Assembly: GCF_947568905.1 (NCBI RefSeq)
Contig: NC_079171.1
Coordinates: forward strand, 28,458,001-28,522,000
Direction of reading: 5' to 3'
DNA: 64,000 bases
Source of the DNA: Ostrea edulis
Taxonomy: Eukaryota
The notes under the pieces are model-generated. The model was given only the letters and a program-made list of their open reading frames with translations. It made no database searches and was not told where the DNA came from. Position numbers and translations under genes: made by a program. Below, in pieces: positions 1 through 11,990 of this stretch (its first letter is position 1; every line of letters begins with the position of its first letter).

Positions 1-774
1 TGTGGTAAGACCTTACTATTGGCAACGACATCTTTGACCTGATGATCTTTTCACTGACCTTCGACCTACTTTTAGAAAAAATCATAACATAAGCCTTTTT
101 TTAAATCGTAAAAAGTACTGTTTTATATTAAGCGTGTGCATGTTTTGTGAGAGGACCTTTCCAATGATACAAGATCTGTTGACGTTGTAACCTTGACATT
201 GACCTCGTTTTTGGCATTTTTCCAAACAAAGCTTTAACCTTGGTCATATCTTTTAAACGATAAAAGGTAGACCTTTCAGATTTAGCATGTGTATTCCCTG
301 TGGCACAACCTTTCTATTGGTCCAAATGTGTTGATCTTATGACCTTGAAATTGACTTCTGACCTACTTTGAAAATGATTCCATATAATGTAATCCGGGAA
401 CATCAGTGTTTCAAAAACACATTTTGTTTTTCATTGCTTCAGCAAAGAAAAAAATGCATTATAACAGTGGTTTGTTAACGTGGAAAGGGATTTCTGGTTT
501 TTGCGGTGTTTTTATAATACGGATTATCATTTTTTGTTATTTTGCTGTGGTTTTATATTATGGATTGTTGTCTATGTGATTACTCAGTGATTATTTGAGA
601 TATCCATAACTGTAATTTTCTGCAATTTGATGACATGCAGTTTCATAACTTTATTTTTCAGTGGTTTGAAGATATGCAGTGTTTAAATGTTATTCGCAGT
701 GATTCTGTAATATAGAGTGTTGTAACTGTGTTTTTCAGTGGTTGGATAATAAGGAGTGTTGTGGATGTTATTTA

Positions 775-1816
775 CCAGGAAAATGTGATATACAGTGTTG
801 AGCTGTTATTTTACAGTGGTTTGATGATATACAGAGCTGTTATTTTACAGTGGTTTGATGATATACAGAGCTGTTATTTTACAGTGGTTTGACGATATAC
901 AGAGCTGTTATTTTACAGTGGTTTGATGATATGTTGAGCTGTTATTCTACAGTGGTTTGATGATATAGAGAGCTGTTATTTTACAGTGGTTTGATGATAT
1001 GTTGAGCTGTTATTTTATAGTGGTTTGATGATATACAGAGATGTTATTTTACAGTGGTTTGATGATATGTTGAGCTGTTAATTTACAGTGGTTTGATGAT
1101 ATGTTGAGCTGTTATTTTACAGTGGTTTGATGATATGTTAAGCTGTTATTTTACAGTGGTTTGATGATATCTTGAGCTGTTATTTTACAATGGTTTGATG
1201 ATATACAGAGCTGTTATTTTAAAGTGGTTTGATGATATGTTGAGCTGTTATTTTACAGTGATTTGATGATATGTTGAGCTGTTAATTTACAGTGGTTTGA
1301 TGATATACAGAGCTGTTATTTTAAAGTGGTTTGATGATATGTTGAGCTGTTATTTTACAGTGGTTTGATGATATACAGAGCTGTTATTTTACAGTGGTTT
1401 GATGATATGTTGAGCTGTTATTTTACAGTGGTTTGATGATATACACAGCTGTTATTTTACAGTGGTTTGATGATATACACAGCTGTTATTTTACAGTGGT
1501 ATGTTGATATACAGAGCTGTTATTTTACAGTGGTTTGATGATATGTTGAGCTGGGGGGTTTTTTGTTGTTTTTTTTTTACAGTTGTTTGATGATATGTTG
1601 AGCTATTATTTTACATTGCTTTGATGATATGTTGAGCTGGGTTTTTGGTTTTTTTGGTTTTTTTACAGTGGTTTGATGATATACAGAGCTGTTTTTACAA
1701 TAGTTTGGTGACATACAGTGTTTAACTGCTATTTTACAGTGGTTTGGTGACATACAGTGTTTAACTGCTATTTTACAGTGGTTTGGTGACATACAATGTT
1801 TAACTCTATTTTACAG
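775..1816 (+). repeat. 34-bp minisatellite (~30 copies; last units 38-39 bp) containing the exon-1 splice acceptor
   Basis: Unit agctgttattttacag|tggtttgatgatat(acag/gttg). Confidence 0.95.
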
Positions 1817-1930
1817 TGGTTTGGTAATATGGTAACTATGCGGTGGTGGGACGATCTGTGGTTGAATGAGGGCTTCGCGAGTCTTCTGATGTATTTTGCA
1901 ATGGACGCCATTTACCCAGACTGGAACGTC
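1817..1930 (+). CDS. M1 aminopeptidase (APN/APA-like) exon 1 of 16 in window: WFGNMVTMRWWDDLWLNEGFASLLMYFAMDAIYPDWNV
   Basis: ttttacag acceptor, gtaagt donor, 114 nt. The WFGN..WW.DLWLNEGFA motif follows HEXXH in M1 peptidases; its E is the third Zn ligand. Confidence 0.95.
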
Positions 1931-2742
1931 GTAAGTTTAGAAATACTGTTTCAGATCATTCTAAGTCAATATATACATAAAAACGATTCAACCAATCAGA
2001 TGTAACAGCGCTATTTACTGCAATGCCTTCTGCGACACAAGATAAGTTTATAATGGTAAATGTCTGCTTATAATGACATCGCTAGAAATGCACATCTGCT
2101 ATTTGCTCGGAACGGTATCGTGAAACTTTATGAAGAGCATTTCTTCAAATTTCAGTCATGTAGTAGTCCTGAAGGTGCTAGGCACGAATTGCCCTGCCAC
2201 CTTCGGATACGTAATGCACTGCAAGATGACGTACCTGCAGTGACGTGTACAGCTTCTCGCTCCCTCTCTTTGTTAACTACTGACTAGAGCAGATATGTCT
2301 CTGTCAGCTCCGCTATATAGTAGTATTGTAGTAAATGTGGGCATGATACTATATCGTGATTTATTTGTCCAGTTATATAGTCGCATACTTCTTACAGAGA
2401 AGTGGGGGAAGGGGTTGTCTATTGGTTTCTGACTTTTAACGTTTTGGGGCAAAGACAAAGACTTCATTGATGTTTTTGTCTAATGAATGTGATGTTTTGT
2501 ACGTATGATAATTAATAAATTACAATACACTGTAAGACCTATTTTATCCAATATGCTTCCGAAGATAAGTCTTATGTCGGATTCACACTATTAGACTACT
2601 CGGTATAAAAAAATGTGGAAAAAGAGGAGTGGTAACAAAAAATAAAGCAGTGATACGGATTACAAAAGAGTCGGATTAGGCAGGTTAATCTTTCATCTGC
2701 GATAATTTCTTTATCTTGTGTTGATAATGTTTTTTCTTTCAG

Positions 2743-2880
2743 TTTACTTTATCTGTTGTTGCAAAAGAAGTATTTCCAGTGATGGTCAAAGATGCTCTGA
2801 CGACATCACATCCGGTTTCTACTCCGATCGCCACACCTAACGACATTGCAGAATCGTTTGATTCCATTTCATACAGCAAG
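2743..2880 (+). CDS. M1 aminopeptidase exon 2: [46 protein letters not shown]
   Basis: tttctttcag acceptor, gtaatc donor, 138 nt in frame. D...SHP and FDxISYxKG motif with the catalytic Tyr. Confidence 0.95.
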
Positions 2881-3390
2881 GTAATCGTGAATCTCCAATC
2901 AAACCCTCAGTTACATATACATACAGCAAGGTAATAGTGAACCTCCAATCAAACCCTCAGTTACATACAGCAAGGTAATCGTGAATCTCCAATCAAACCC
3001 TCAGTTATATATACATACAGCAAGGTAATAGTGAATCTCCAATCAAACCCTCAGTTACATACAGCATAGTAATAGTGAATCTCCAATCGAACCTTCAGTT
3101 ATATACACGGAAAGGTAATAGTGAACCTCCAATCAAACCCTCAGTTACATACACAGCAAGGTAATAGTGAACCTCCAATCAAACCCTATGTTACATACAG
3201 CAAGGTAATAGTGAATCTCCAATCAAACCCTCAGTTACATACACGGAAAGGTAATAGTGAACCTCCAATCAAACCCTTAATTACATACAGTAAGGTAATG
3301 ATAGTGAACCTCCAATCAAACCCTCAGTTGCATACACAGCAAGGTAATAGTGAACCTCCAATCAAACCCTCTGTTACATATAGTGAGGGT
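2873..3390 (+). repeat. ~44-52-bp minisatellite containing the exon-2 splice donor
   Basis: Unit catacagcaag|gtaatagtgaacctccaatcaaaccctcagtta, about 11 copies. Confidence 0.93.
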
Positions 3391-5309
3391 AAGAGAAAAT
3401 CTCATATATTTCATGTTGCACAGTAAAGTAAAGCAAAACCTCAAATCAAAACCATTAGTTTCATACACGGAGGTAAGAGAAAATCTCATTCCAAAATCTC
3501 ACTTTACTTAAAACATTTTTGTTACGCAATTCTTTGTCTTTTTAGGCTTTTACATAGAAGAAAGTCCACTTATAGTGAAAAAGGTTACCTGTAGGTGTCC
3601 AATAAGTTGACAATTGTTGTCCATTATTTTTAAGAAAGGACAGAAACTGTCCGTTCTTAAAAATAATGGACAGTAATTGTCAACTTATAGGACGGTGCCA
3701 GGTAAACCCAATAACTTATTAGACGTCTATAGGTAGGCTGAAAATAAGAGAAAAACAATACGTTTGTCAAAGAGCTACAAATTTAATTTTAAATTCCCTA
3801 CAAGTAAGAATCAACACAGATGTCGGAAAAATCACTGAAACACTTAAAACGATATCCCCCCCTTAGTATAATCCTCTGCTCCAACTTTGAGATTCACAAT
3901 TTAAAAAAAAAAAATCCATGGGCCATTATTATATCGCATAAAAACTTAAATTTGAAAGACATATTTTCATGCTGTATTGATCCAGAGGCACATTCCGAAA
4001 CTTCCTCACAATGCTTTTTTTATGCTTTCTTTATTAACATATCCTGATTCTGAATTATTATTTTCGCTTTCATGAATAATTTCATTTCATTTCACGAGAT
4101 GGACGTATTGTGTTCTTTTTTGGCTGGCTTTAATTATTTCCTCATCCAAATATTCGAAAACACAATGCTTTTCAGATCAAAATTTGGCTTCATAATTTTT
4201 TCACCCTCCATCTCCAGAATATAACACTCATGAAGATAATATTCGCAGTACTTTCATTAAAATCCTTAAATTTTGATTGTGCAATGAAAATTATCTCCCC
4301 ATCAGAGGACGACATGTTGATATGACTCAGTACTTCATAGTGAGTTAATATAAAAATTGCAATACAAGACTACTTAATTGAGATTGTCCAGTAAATGAAC
4401 AAAAGAAACAGACTTTTACGCAAGACTGGTTATATTGTCAGACTATTCAAAAATAGCTTTATTCATAATTGTCATTGTCAATGGGTTTACCTGAGTATGT
4501 ACATTCTTAGAACAAAAGATGCAATGTTTTAAGTTGGAAAAAAGCCTCAAGCTGTCCATTCTGTGAGAGAAAGAATTGATCTCGGCCCTACAGGGCTCGA
4601 TTATCTTAATCGTAAGATTTTTTGTCAATCCCAGATCTTTAAAGTAGAGACCTTATAGAGATGTACTTTAGTCAGATTGTCCTCAGTTCACCACAATAGG
4701 AAAATATACAGTGCATTGACATTTTTGTGATAATATGACAACCAACTAATAAATCAAATTCAAAAAACATATTAGTAAGTGTTGATAAGAAAATTGCAGA
4801 TACTATCGAACTACACTCTGTACGGGAGATAAGCAGCTATTAGTAGCTCATTACTTCAGGATATGACGTAAGGGTGACGTAAGACGTGGAATTTAGGGGC
4901 GAGATCAAAAGTTCAATGTTTTACAAAAAACTAAATTCACATAGTTTTCATCAATATCCCCCATCCCCCTTTAAAACTAAATAAGATGAATGTTGAAGCT
5001 AATCGATTAACAAGTAAAAACATACAATTATACATAACACTCTGTATACCTTTTCTACTGTTTATTCACAAATGAAAGTCACTGCATTAAAGCTATGAGA
5101 TGTTCATTAAGATGTAATATTATTATGTGGTTTTTAACAGTCGCTTGTCTTTTTCCACTAAAGTGAGTAGTAAGGGTCTTTATCGTGCCACACCTGCTTT
5201 GACATGGGACCTCGGTTTTTGCGGTCTCATCCGAAGGGTATTTGAAGAAATTGAAATGTTGTAGAAAGGCATCAGCAAAACGCGTTGAGAGTAAATCCGC
5301 TAATATAAC

Positions 5310-5710
5310 ATGAAAGGCGAAGATAACGAACACTGATCAATCTAATAATCCTATAAGCAATACAAAATAGATAGATTGGCAAACATGGAACCCTGGACAC
5401 ACCAGAGGTGGGATCAGGTGCCTAGGAGAAGTAAGTATCCCCTGTCGACCTGTCACACCCGCCGTGCGCCCTATATCTTGATCAGGTAAACGGAGTTATC
5501 CATAGTCAAAATCGGTGTTCCAAGAACGGCCTAACAATCGATATGAAATATGTCAGACAGTATTTGACCCAATGATAGGTTGTATTGGCGAACTAGATCG
5601 TTATAACGACCATAGAAATTGCGAAATACTGACTTCAATCGAGACTACCAGTACCATCCACTTGTTTGTCAGTAGCTTGCCTCGATTTAAAAGCTGATTA
5701 TACGCAGAAC
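5310..5710 (-). mobile_element. Penelope-like element 3' fragment
   Basis: Same tail as 31878-32330 (cagaggtgggatcaggtgcctagg..gtaagcatcccctg family). Further copies near 16976-17115, 23690-23820, 33417-33632, 38457-38630 and 41501-41575. Confidence 0.75.
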
Positions 5711-5774
5711 AAGCATACATATATATATATATAATATACATTATAAGCTTTAACGTCTATACATACACTGTAAT

Positions 5775-6490
5775 TGTCTATATATACACTACTCCAATGT
5801 CTATATGTACACTGTATGTAATATCTATATGTACACTGTATGTAAACATCTATATGTACACTGTATGTAAATGTCTATATGTACACTGTATGTAAATATC
5901 TATATGTACACTGTATGTAAATGTCTATATGTACACTGTATGTAAATGTGTATATATACACTGTATGTAAATATCTATATGTACACTGTATGTAAATAAC
6001 TATATGTACACTGTATGTAAATATACATATGTACGCTGTATGTAAATGTCTATATGTACACCTGTATGTAAATGTCTATATGTACACCTGTATGTAAATG
6101 TCTATATGTACACTGTATGTAAATGTCTTTATGTATACTGTATGTAAATATCTATATGTACACTGTATGTAAATATTTATATGTACACTGTATATAAATA
6201 TCTATATGTATACTGTATGTAAATGTCTATATGTACGCTGTATGTAAATGTCTATATGTACGCTGTATGTAAATATCTTTATGTACACTGTATGTAAATG
6301 TCTATATATACACTGTATGTAAATGTCTATATGTACACTGTATGTAAATGTCTATATGTACACTGTATGTAAATATCTATATGTACACTGTATGTAAATA
6401 TCTATATGTACACTGTATGTAAATATCTATATGTACTCTGTATGTAAATATGTACGCTGTATGTAAATGTCTATATGTACACTGTACTTT
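5775..6490. repeat. 25-bp minisatellite (~28 copies) ending just upstream of the exon-3 acceptor
   Basis: Unit ctatatgtacactgtatgtaaatgt. Confidence 0.95.
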
Positions 6491-6517
6491 GTATCTATCT
6501 ACACTATATTTGTTCAG

Positions 6518-6583
6518 GGCATGGCGATTCTGAGAATGTTGATGGGATTTGTGGGATGGGAAGACTTTCAGAAAGGACTGCGG
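6518..6583 (+). CDS. M1 aminopeptidase exon 3: GMAILRMLMGFVGWEDFQKGLR
   Basis: ttgttcag / gtaagt, 66 nt. Continues the YSK-G..LRML...G...F..GL motif. Confidence 0.92.
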
Positions 6584-6671
6584 GTAAGTACTCAGTTGTC
6601 CGTCTAAAATTGTTTAGTGATTTTTCCATTTACAAAAACGTATACAAACTTCACGTTCTTTTGTTTTATAG

Positions 6672-6737
6672 ACCTACGTTAGCAAATTTAAATATCAAAA
6701 TGCAGCAATGGACCAACTGTGGGACACTTTTACAGAG
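6672..6737 (+). CDS. M1 aminopeptidase exon 4: TYVSKFKYQNAAMDQLWDTFTE
   Basis: tgttttatag / gtatgt, 66 nt. Y...F.Y.NA...LW motif. Confidence 0.9.
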
Positions 6738-6769
6738 GTATGTAAACACATATAGCAAGGGAAAACCTA

Positions 6770-7365
6770 AGTAAACCAAGAAGACAAGAAAAACCTAAGT
6801 AAAGAAAGAAGACAAGAAAAAATCTAAATAAACAAAGAAAACAAGAAAAAACCTAAGTAAACAAAGAAAACAAGAAAAAACCTAAGTAAACAAAGAAAAC
6901 AAGAAAAAACCTAAGTAAACAAAGAAAACAAGAAAAAACCTAAGTAAACAAAGAAGACAAGTGGATAATTTTACAAAAGTATGAAAACAAAGTTAGCAAA
7001 TAAAAAAGCAACAACACAAATAACATAATAGGGCAATTCTACAGATGTGTGAAAACGATAGCAAACTTAAAAACAACAACAACTGCAACACAAATAACGC
7101 AATACCACAGATGTGTGAAAACGATAGCAAACTTAAAAACAACAACAACTGCAACACAAATAACGCAATACCACAGATGTGTGAAAACAAAGTTAGCAGA
7201 TAAACAGCAATAACAACAACAACAACACAATGGGACAATTTCTCAGATGTGTGAAAACAAATATAGCAATACACAACAACAAGAAAACAAAAACAACATT
7301 ACTATCAAAGAAGCAAATAAGACAATGGGACAATTGTACAGAGGTATATAACACAAAGATAGCAA
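6770..7365. repeat. 29-bp A-rich repeat (6770-6960) followed by degenerate exon-4 donor-derived repeats
   Basis: aaaaacctaagtaaacaaagaaaacaaga x ~7; then tgggacaatt..cagaggtat / cagatgtgtgaaaac..tagcaa units. Confidence 0.85.
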
Positions 7366-7394
7366 TCAAGACTTCTGGATACCTTTAGAAAGGT

Positions 7395-7400
<6 letters not shown>

Positions 7401-7457
<57 letters not shown>
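7401..7457. repeat. (TA)n microsatellite; others (TG)n 29604-29645, (GA)n 29747-29797, (TA)n 31584-31621
   Basis: Directly visible dinucleotide runs. Confidence 0.98.
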
Positions 7458-7460
<3 letters not shown>

Positions 7461-10394
7461 GAAGAAATGAATAAAAGTCTGGACTCTTTTTACATATATA
7501 CATATCAAAAGTCTGCACTCTTTTTACATATCTCTTAAAATCCTAAATAACCCGGTGTTGTGAAGTAATGAGTTAGGTTAGAAGACATATTTTCACTCAA
7601 TGAAGACTACAAATTATTCCACACTTCGTTTTAGATTCTGTATTTTTCTATGAAATAATGATTAAACATACAAGGAATACAATAGACTGTTGAATATAAA
7701 CACAGACTAACAGTGGGGTTTACTATAAACCTGTAACTTATGAAATAGGCCAATCAATGTGTAACCCTAAATAGTGCAATATCGATTTATTATCAAACTA
7801 CAATTAATATATAACAAATATCTTCTACTTGATATACTAGTACCTCTAGCCTCATCTTATATGAAAGACATTTCTTAATTATCCTTCAAATAGGCAAACT
7901 TCTATAATGCTTGATCTATGAATGGGAAGCTGACGTCATGGCGTCATTACACACATAATATCATATGATTTTCCATATATATACATGTATATTTCTCTTC
8001 GATATCTTTACCAATTGTAAGTATGAATGCTTTCCATTTGTGAACAATCTGCATGTGTATCATTATCTATACAGTTTTATGCTGTTTTAATGGCTGGGAA
8101 TTTCAAGAGAAATGAAATTAGACTGTATTTTTAAAAAAAACACTAAAAAATGAACTCGTGACATCAAGTACGGTATAACGCCTTGCTCCCACTTCCTAAC
8201 GACGTGTAGACCAAAAAAAAAGTGTACACTAAATAATAGTAACAAGTATAGCTTTTTAACAAAGCCTGCCGTCTTTAGGAAGAACCTTATATAGTAAACT
8301 GATATAAATGTATGATATGCTTTTTAAGTATCTATATTTTTATTAAATGACCACATAATCAAACTTTTCTAAAATGTTAAATCTTATATAAAGTCAAGTT
8401 TTTAAAGAACACCTACTAGAAACTACTGTACAATAATTTTTCTAGTATGACCTTGAAGTAGACATGATATTTATACTAAAAAATAGAAAGCATTGTTTCT
8501 TTTCAACCTTAAGAAAACAATGAAAAGCAGATGTTCAGCGTGTTTAATTTTTCACAAAGCATGAAACAAAAACTACTAAATAGCTGAAAATTGCCAAAAT
8601 TTTATCAAGAAGAATTGTAATGTTTGCGTGGGGAAAAAAAGACCATTTTTGTTGTGTGATGAATTATAGAAACTGTTTTTTTTATCGTTGTTATGAATAA
8701 GATTAAAATGTCAGTTTCAATTTTTCTTCTTTCTTCTCTTCGTTTACTCTCTCTTTTTTAAGATCGAAAATCCTGTAAAAGTGTTCAGTCGTACGGAAAT
8801 TAGATCATCACGAAATTATCCCCCTTGCGTTTAACAGAATTTCAACCAATGAAATAAATTAAATATTTTCACATCATGCATTTCTACCAATCACAAAGTA
8901 GAGGAAGGACATCGTCTGAAGTCTAAAATACTTCAACAATATGATACCGTCTTCCTTGGAAGACGGTAATAAAAATGCTTTGTTGAAATAAATTATTGTG
9001 ATTTCCACGTTAAATGTGATTACTTTTATTTTATATTTATTTTCGAAATGCACCCGTGACAGTAGGCCTAGTTGTCAACGATGTAGGTATCAAATTTGTC
9101 TAATCCCAAAAATGAATAATAATTGCACTGTTTATTTGAAAGAAAAAAATGACATACGTTTAAAGGAACAACATTACCAAATAGTGTTGAGACAACGACC
9201 CATGTAAAGATTATTTACTCGCAATTGTCGATTCCATAAGCGCTTTCCTCGCTACATTTGGGAATTTATATCGCTATTTGCATGCACTGGTGACTAAAAC
9301 ATATAACATTCGAGAAATTTGTCAATATCGAAATGAATGCTGTCCACGGTGAATAAATTAGGCCCCTAAAAGCTTATATTTTACAACTACTTAACCCTAA
9401 TTTCCCTATCAGTTGATCGAAGGTCACTGTATCACGTGACTACCTAACTAATTAACGAGACTTTTTGAACTCGGGTCTTATATTTGAATCAGCATTTTGG
9501 CTAAATATCGCAATATTTCGACAAACGAACCATTAGAATTCATTACTAAAAGCAGCGGAATGACGAAATGCATATTTTTATAGGTGTACCTGTACTTTAG
9601 TCGTATTGTCCAGAATTCACCACGATAAGAAAATACACAGGACATTGGCATTATTGTGATAATATGACAACCAACTAATAAATCCATTTCAAAAACATCA
9701 TATTCATGCGTGTTAATAAGAAAATTGCAGTTGCTATCAAACTGTATTCTGTGTGGGAAATAAACAGATCATTTACCTCAGGATATGACGTTTGTTTGAC
9801 GTAAAACGTGGACTTTACATAGGTTATATGAAATGAAAGGATGAACCTGCGTATTGTCGTGACGAATAGTTTTATACTATTTCAACGGCCTGGAATTTCA
9901 AGAGAAATAACATTAGACTGTATTTTTAAAGAAAATAATCATTTTGTGGGATACATGAGGGTCTTAACTGCATCTCTTCACATCAGCATAATTTATGCAC
10001 AGCATGAAGTGCGCAGGCGTGAAGTGTCACAGTTCATTCCTTCAATGAATTCTAATTCATAGATTATAAACTTACTTAGTTCTTACATTGTTAAATTCTT
10101 TACTTTAGACGGACAAAGAAATTCAAATTCAAATTCTAAATCAGTACATTGAAATATTTGTTGACAAATAGCTACAGATTGGGGTTTATTAATTTACATG
10201 ATTTGTTAATTTACACGTACATAAGCTCTGATTGAGAGACAAAGCATGTGCTACTAAAAACAAAAAGCCCCGCCATATAGACAATAACTGCGAGTATAGA
10301 AGTAATGAAGTCTACAACCTGTGTCTATTGAATCCTCTAGTAACCTAGTAACAATAGAGGCTACAAACAGGTGGATGGTGCAGGGGTATTAATA

Positions 10395-10990
10395 GTATCC
10401 ATTAGAATCATCATTTTCCAAATTCTATGGTCGTTATAATGATCTCGTTTGCCAATACAACCTGTCATTGGGTCAAATGCTGTCTGATGTCTTCCATACC
10501 AATTAATAGGCCGCTCTTTGCACTCTAGCCTGACGGTTATAAAACTTTTTTGAGTACGTTTTCATACTCAAACCCCGTGATCTAAATCGTATTCATACTC
10601 AAAGGTGAAGGTTATAAAACTTTTATCAAATTATTCTCATACTCAAATGGAGTACATTGCTCAGAGTTGTACTCAAAGCAAAGAAGGCTGAGTTTGAGTA
10701 TGAGTACAGTAGAAGTTTTATAGCCTCCAGGCCTAATTTCGACTACGGAATACTCCGTTTATCTGATCAAAATATAAGGTTCACGTCGGGTGTGGTCGGT
10801 GGACAGGGGACGTTTACTCCTCAAAGGCACCTGATCCCACCTCTGGTGTGTCCTAGAGTCCGTGTTTGTCCAGCTCTCTATTTTGTATTGCTTGTGGGAG
10901 TGAGATTGATCACTGTTCGTTATTTTCACTTTTCATGATATAGTGAAATCCTCTAGTGTGTCCAGGGGTCCGTGTTTGCCCAAATTTGAT
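10395..10990 (+). mobile_element. Penelope-like element 3' fragment interrupted by a MITE
   Basis: ..KFYGRYNDLVCQYNLSLGQMLSDVFH.. RT C-terminus followed by the family tail. Confidence 0.7.
10528..10732. mobile_element. MITE, 205 bp, PIF/Harbinger-like (3-bp TSD)
   Basis: TIRs gcctgacggttataaaactt / aagttttatagcctccaggc; CTA duplicated on both flanks. Confidence 0.7.
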
Positions 10991-11990
10991 TGTGTATTTG
11001 TTCAGGGTTTGTAAGATTGTTCATTATTTTCACCTTTCCTATTAGACCTTTTAGCCACAAAAGAATAGGTTTCTTCCTCTCTTGATATCAAAGCTATATG
11101 TAAAGTATCAAATCTCAATTAAACAAAAATAATGTTTGATATTATATTCTTAGAATACCGGTCGCGGTTGCTTAAATTCGCTTCATAACCGGGAGGTCGT
11201 AAATTCGAGTCTAACTCGTGCCATGGCCATGTCAAACCCAAGACGTTAAAATAGGTAGTGATTGCTCCTTCGCCAAACGATCGGTGTGTAGAAGAGAGAG
11301 TCCGGGTAATTTCGAATATGCCTTTAAAACCGGAGGTCTCGTGTCGCGACACGTTAAAGAACCCTCGCTGCTACGTCCCTTAAATGTAACACTACTCAGG
11401 TCTTTTACAGCTGGGAACTTTTCGACATGAAGGGCCGTAAAACATTTTTTCAAATCCCTCTGAAGCGGTATCAGCTCAGTGACTGTATTTTGGTAGAGGT
11501 CATAGGTCAAAGGGGGAGACGCATACAGTGTAGGTGTGTGGAAGTTCCCGAATCGTGTGTAGAAGCAGACACCCACTGACGTTAGTCGCCAAATTTCCCA
11601 ATTCATAAATCATCCGGTGAATCTGACACACTGGTGAACCGGGCCACGTCTTACAACAGAACTTACGGTCTTCTTTTGTAATTCATTTTATTCTTTACGT
11701 TGATTAATTACAAAACTAATTTCACAAAATTAATGAAGTTGACAAATATTGAGAACTATATAACATTGTTATGGTCGTAGTATTACCGTCAAGTTCTTTT
11801 GTAAAGCAATGGCCCTGTTAACAAAAAAAAAAACCCCAAAAACTTACGATTAAGATGAAAATTTTAAAACATTTTAATTCTTTTATAGTTCTTTGCTCTC
11901 CTATTTTTGAATGAGTAAAAGTTAGTAGATACATTGGTGATGAAACTCTATTCTTACTCGGGACACAGTTGAGTATAAGACAGAGACAAT

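Noticed and set aside
8945-8968. Perfect 11-bp hairpin taccgtcttcc-tt-ggaagacggta
   Set aside because: Probably the 3' palindrome of a decayed Helitron-type repeat; the element could not be delimited.
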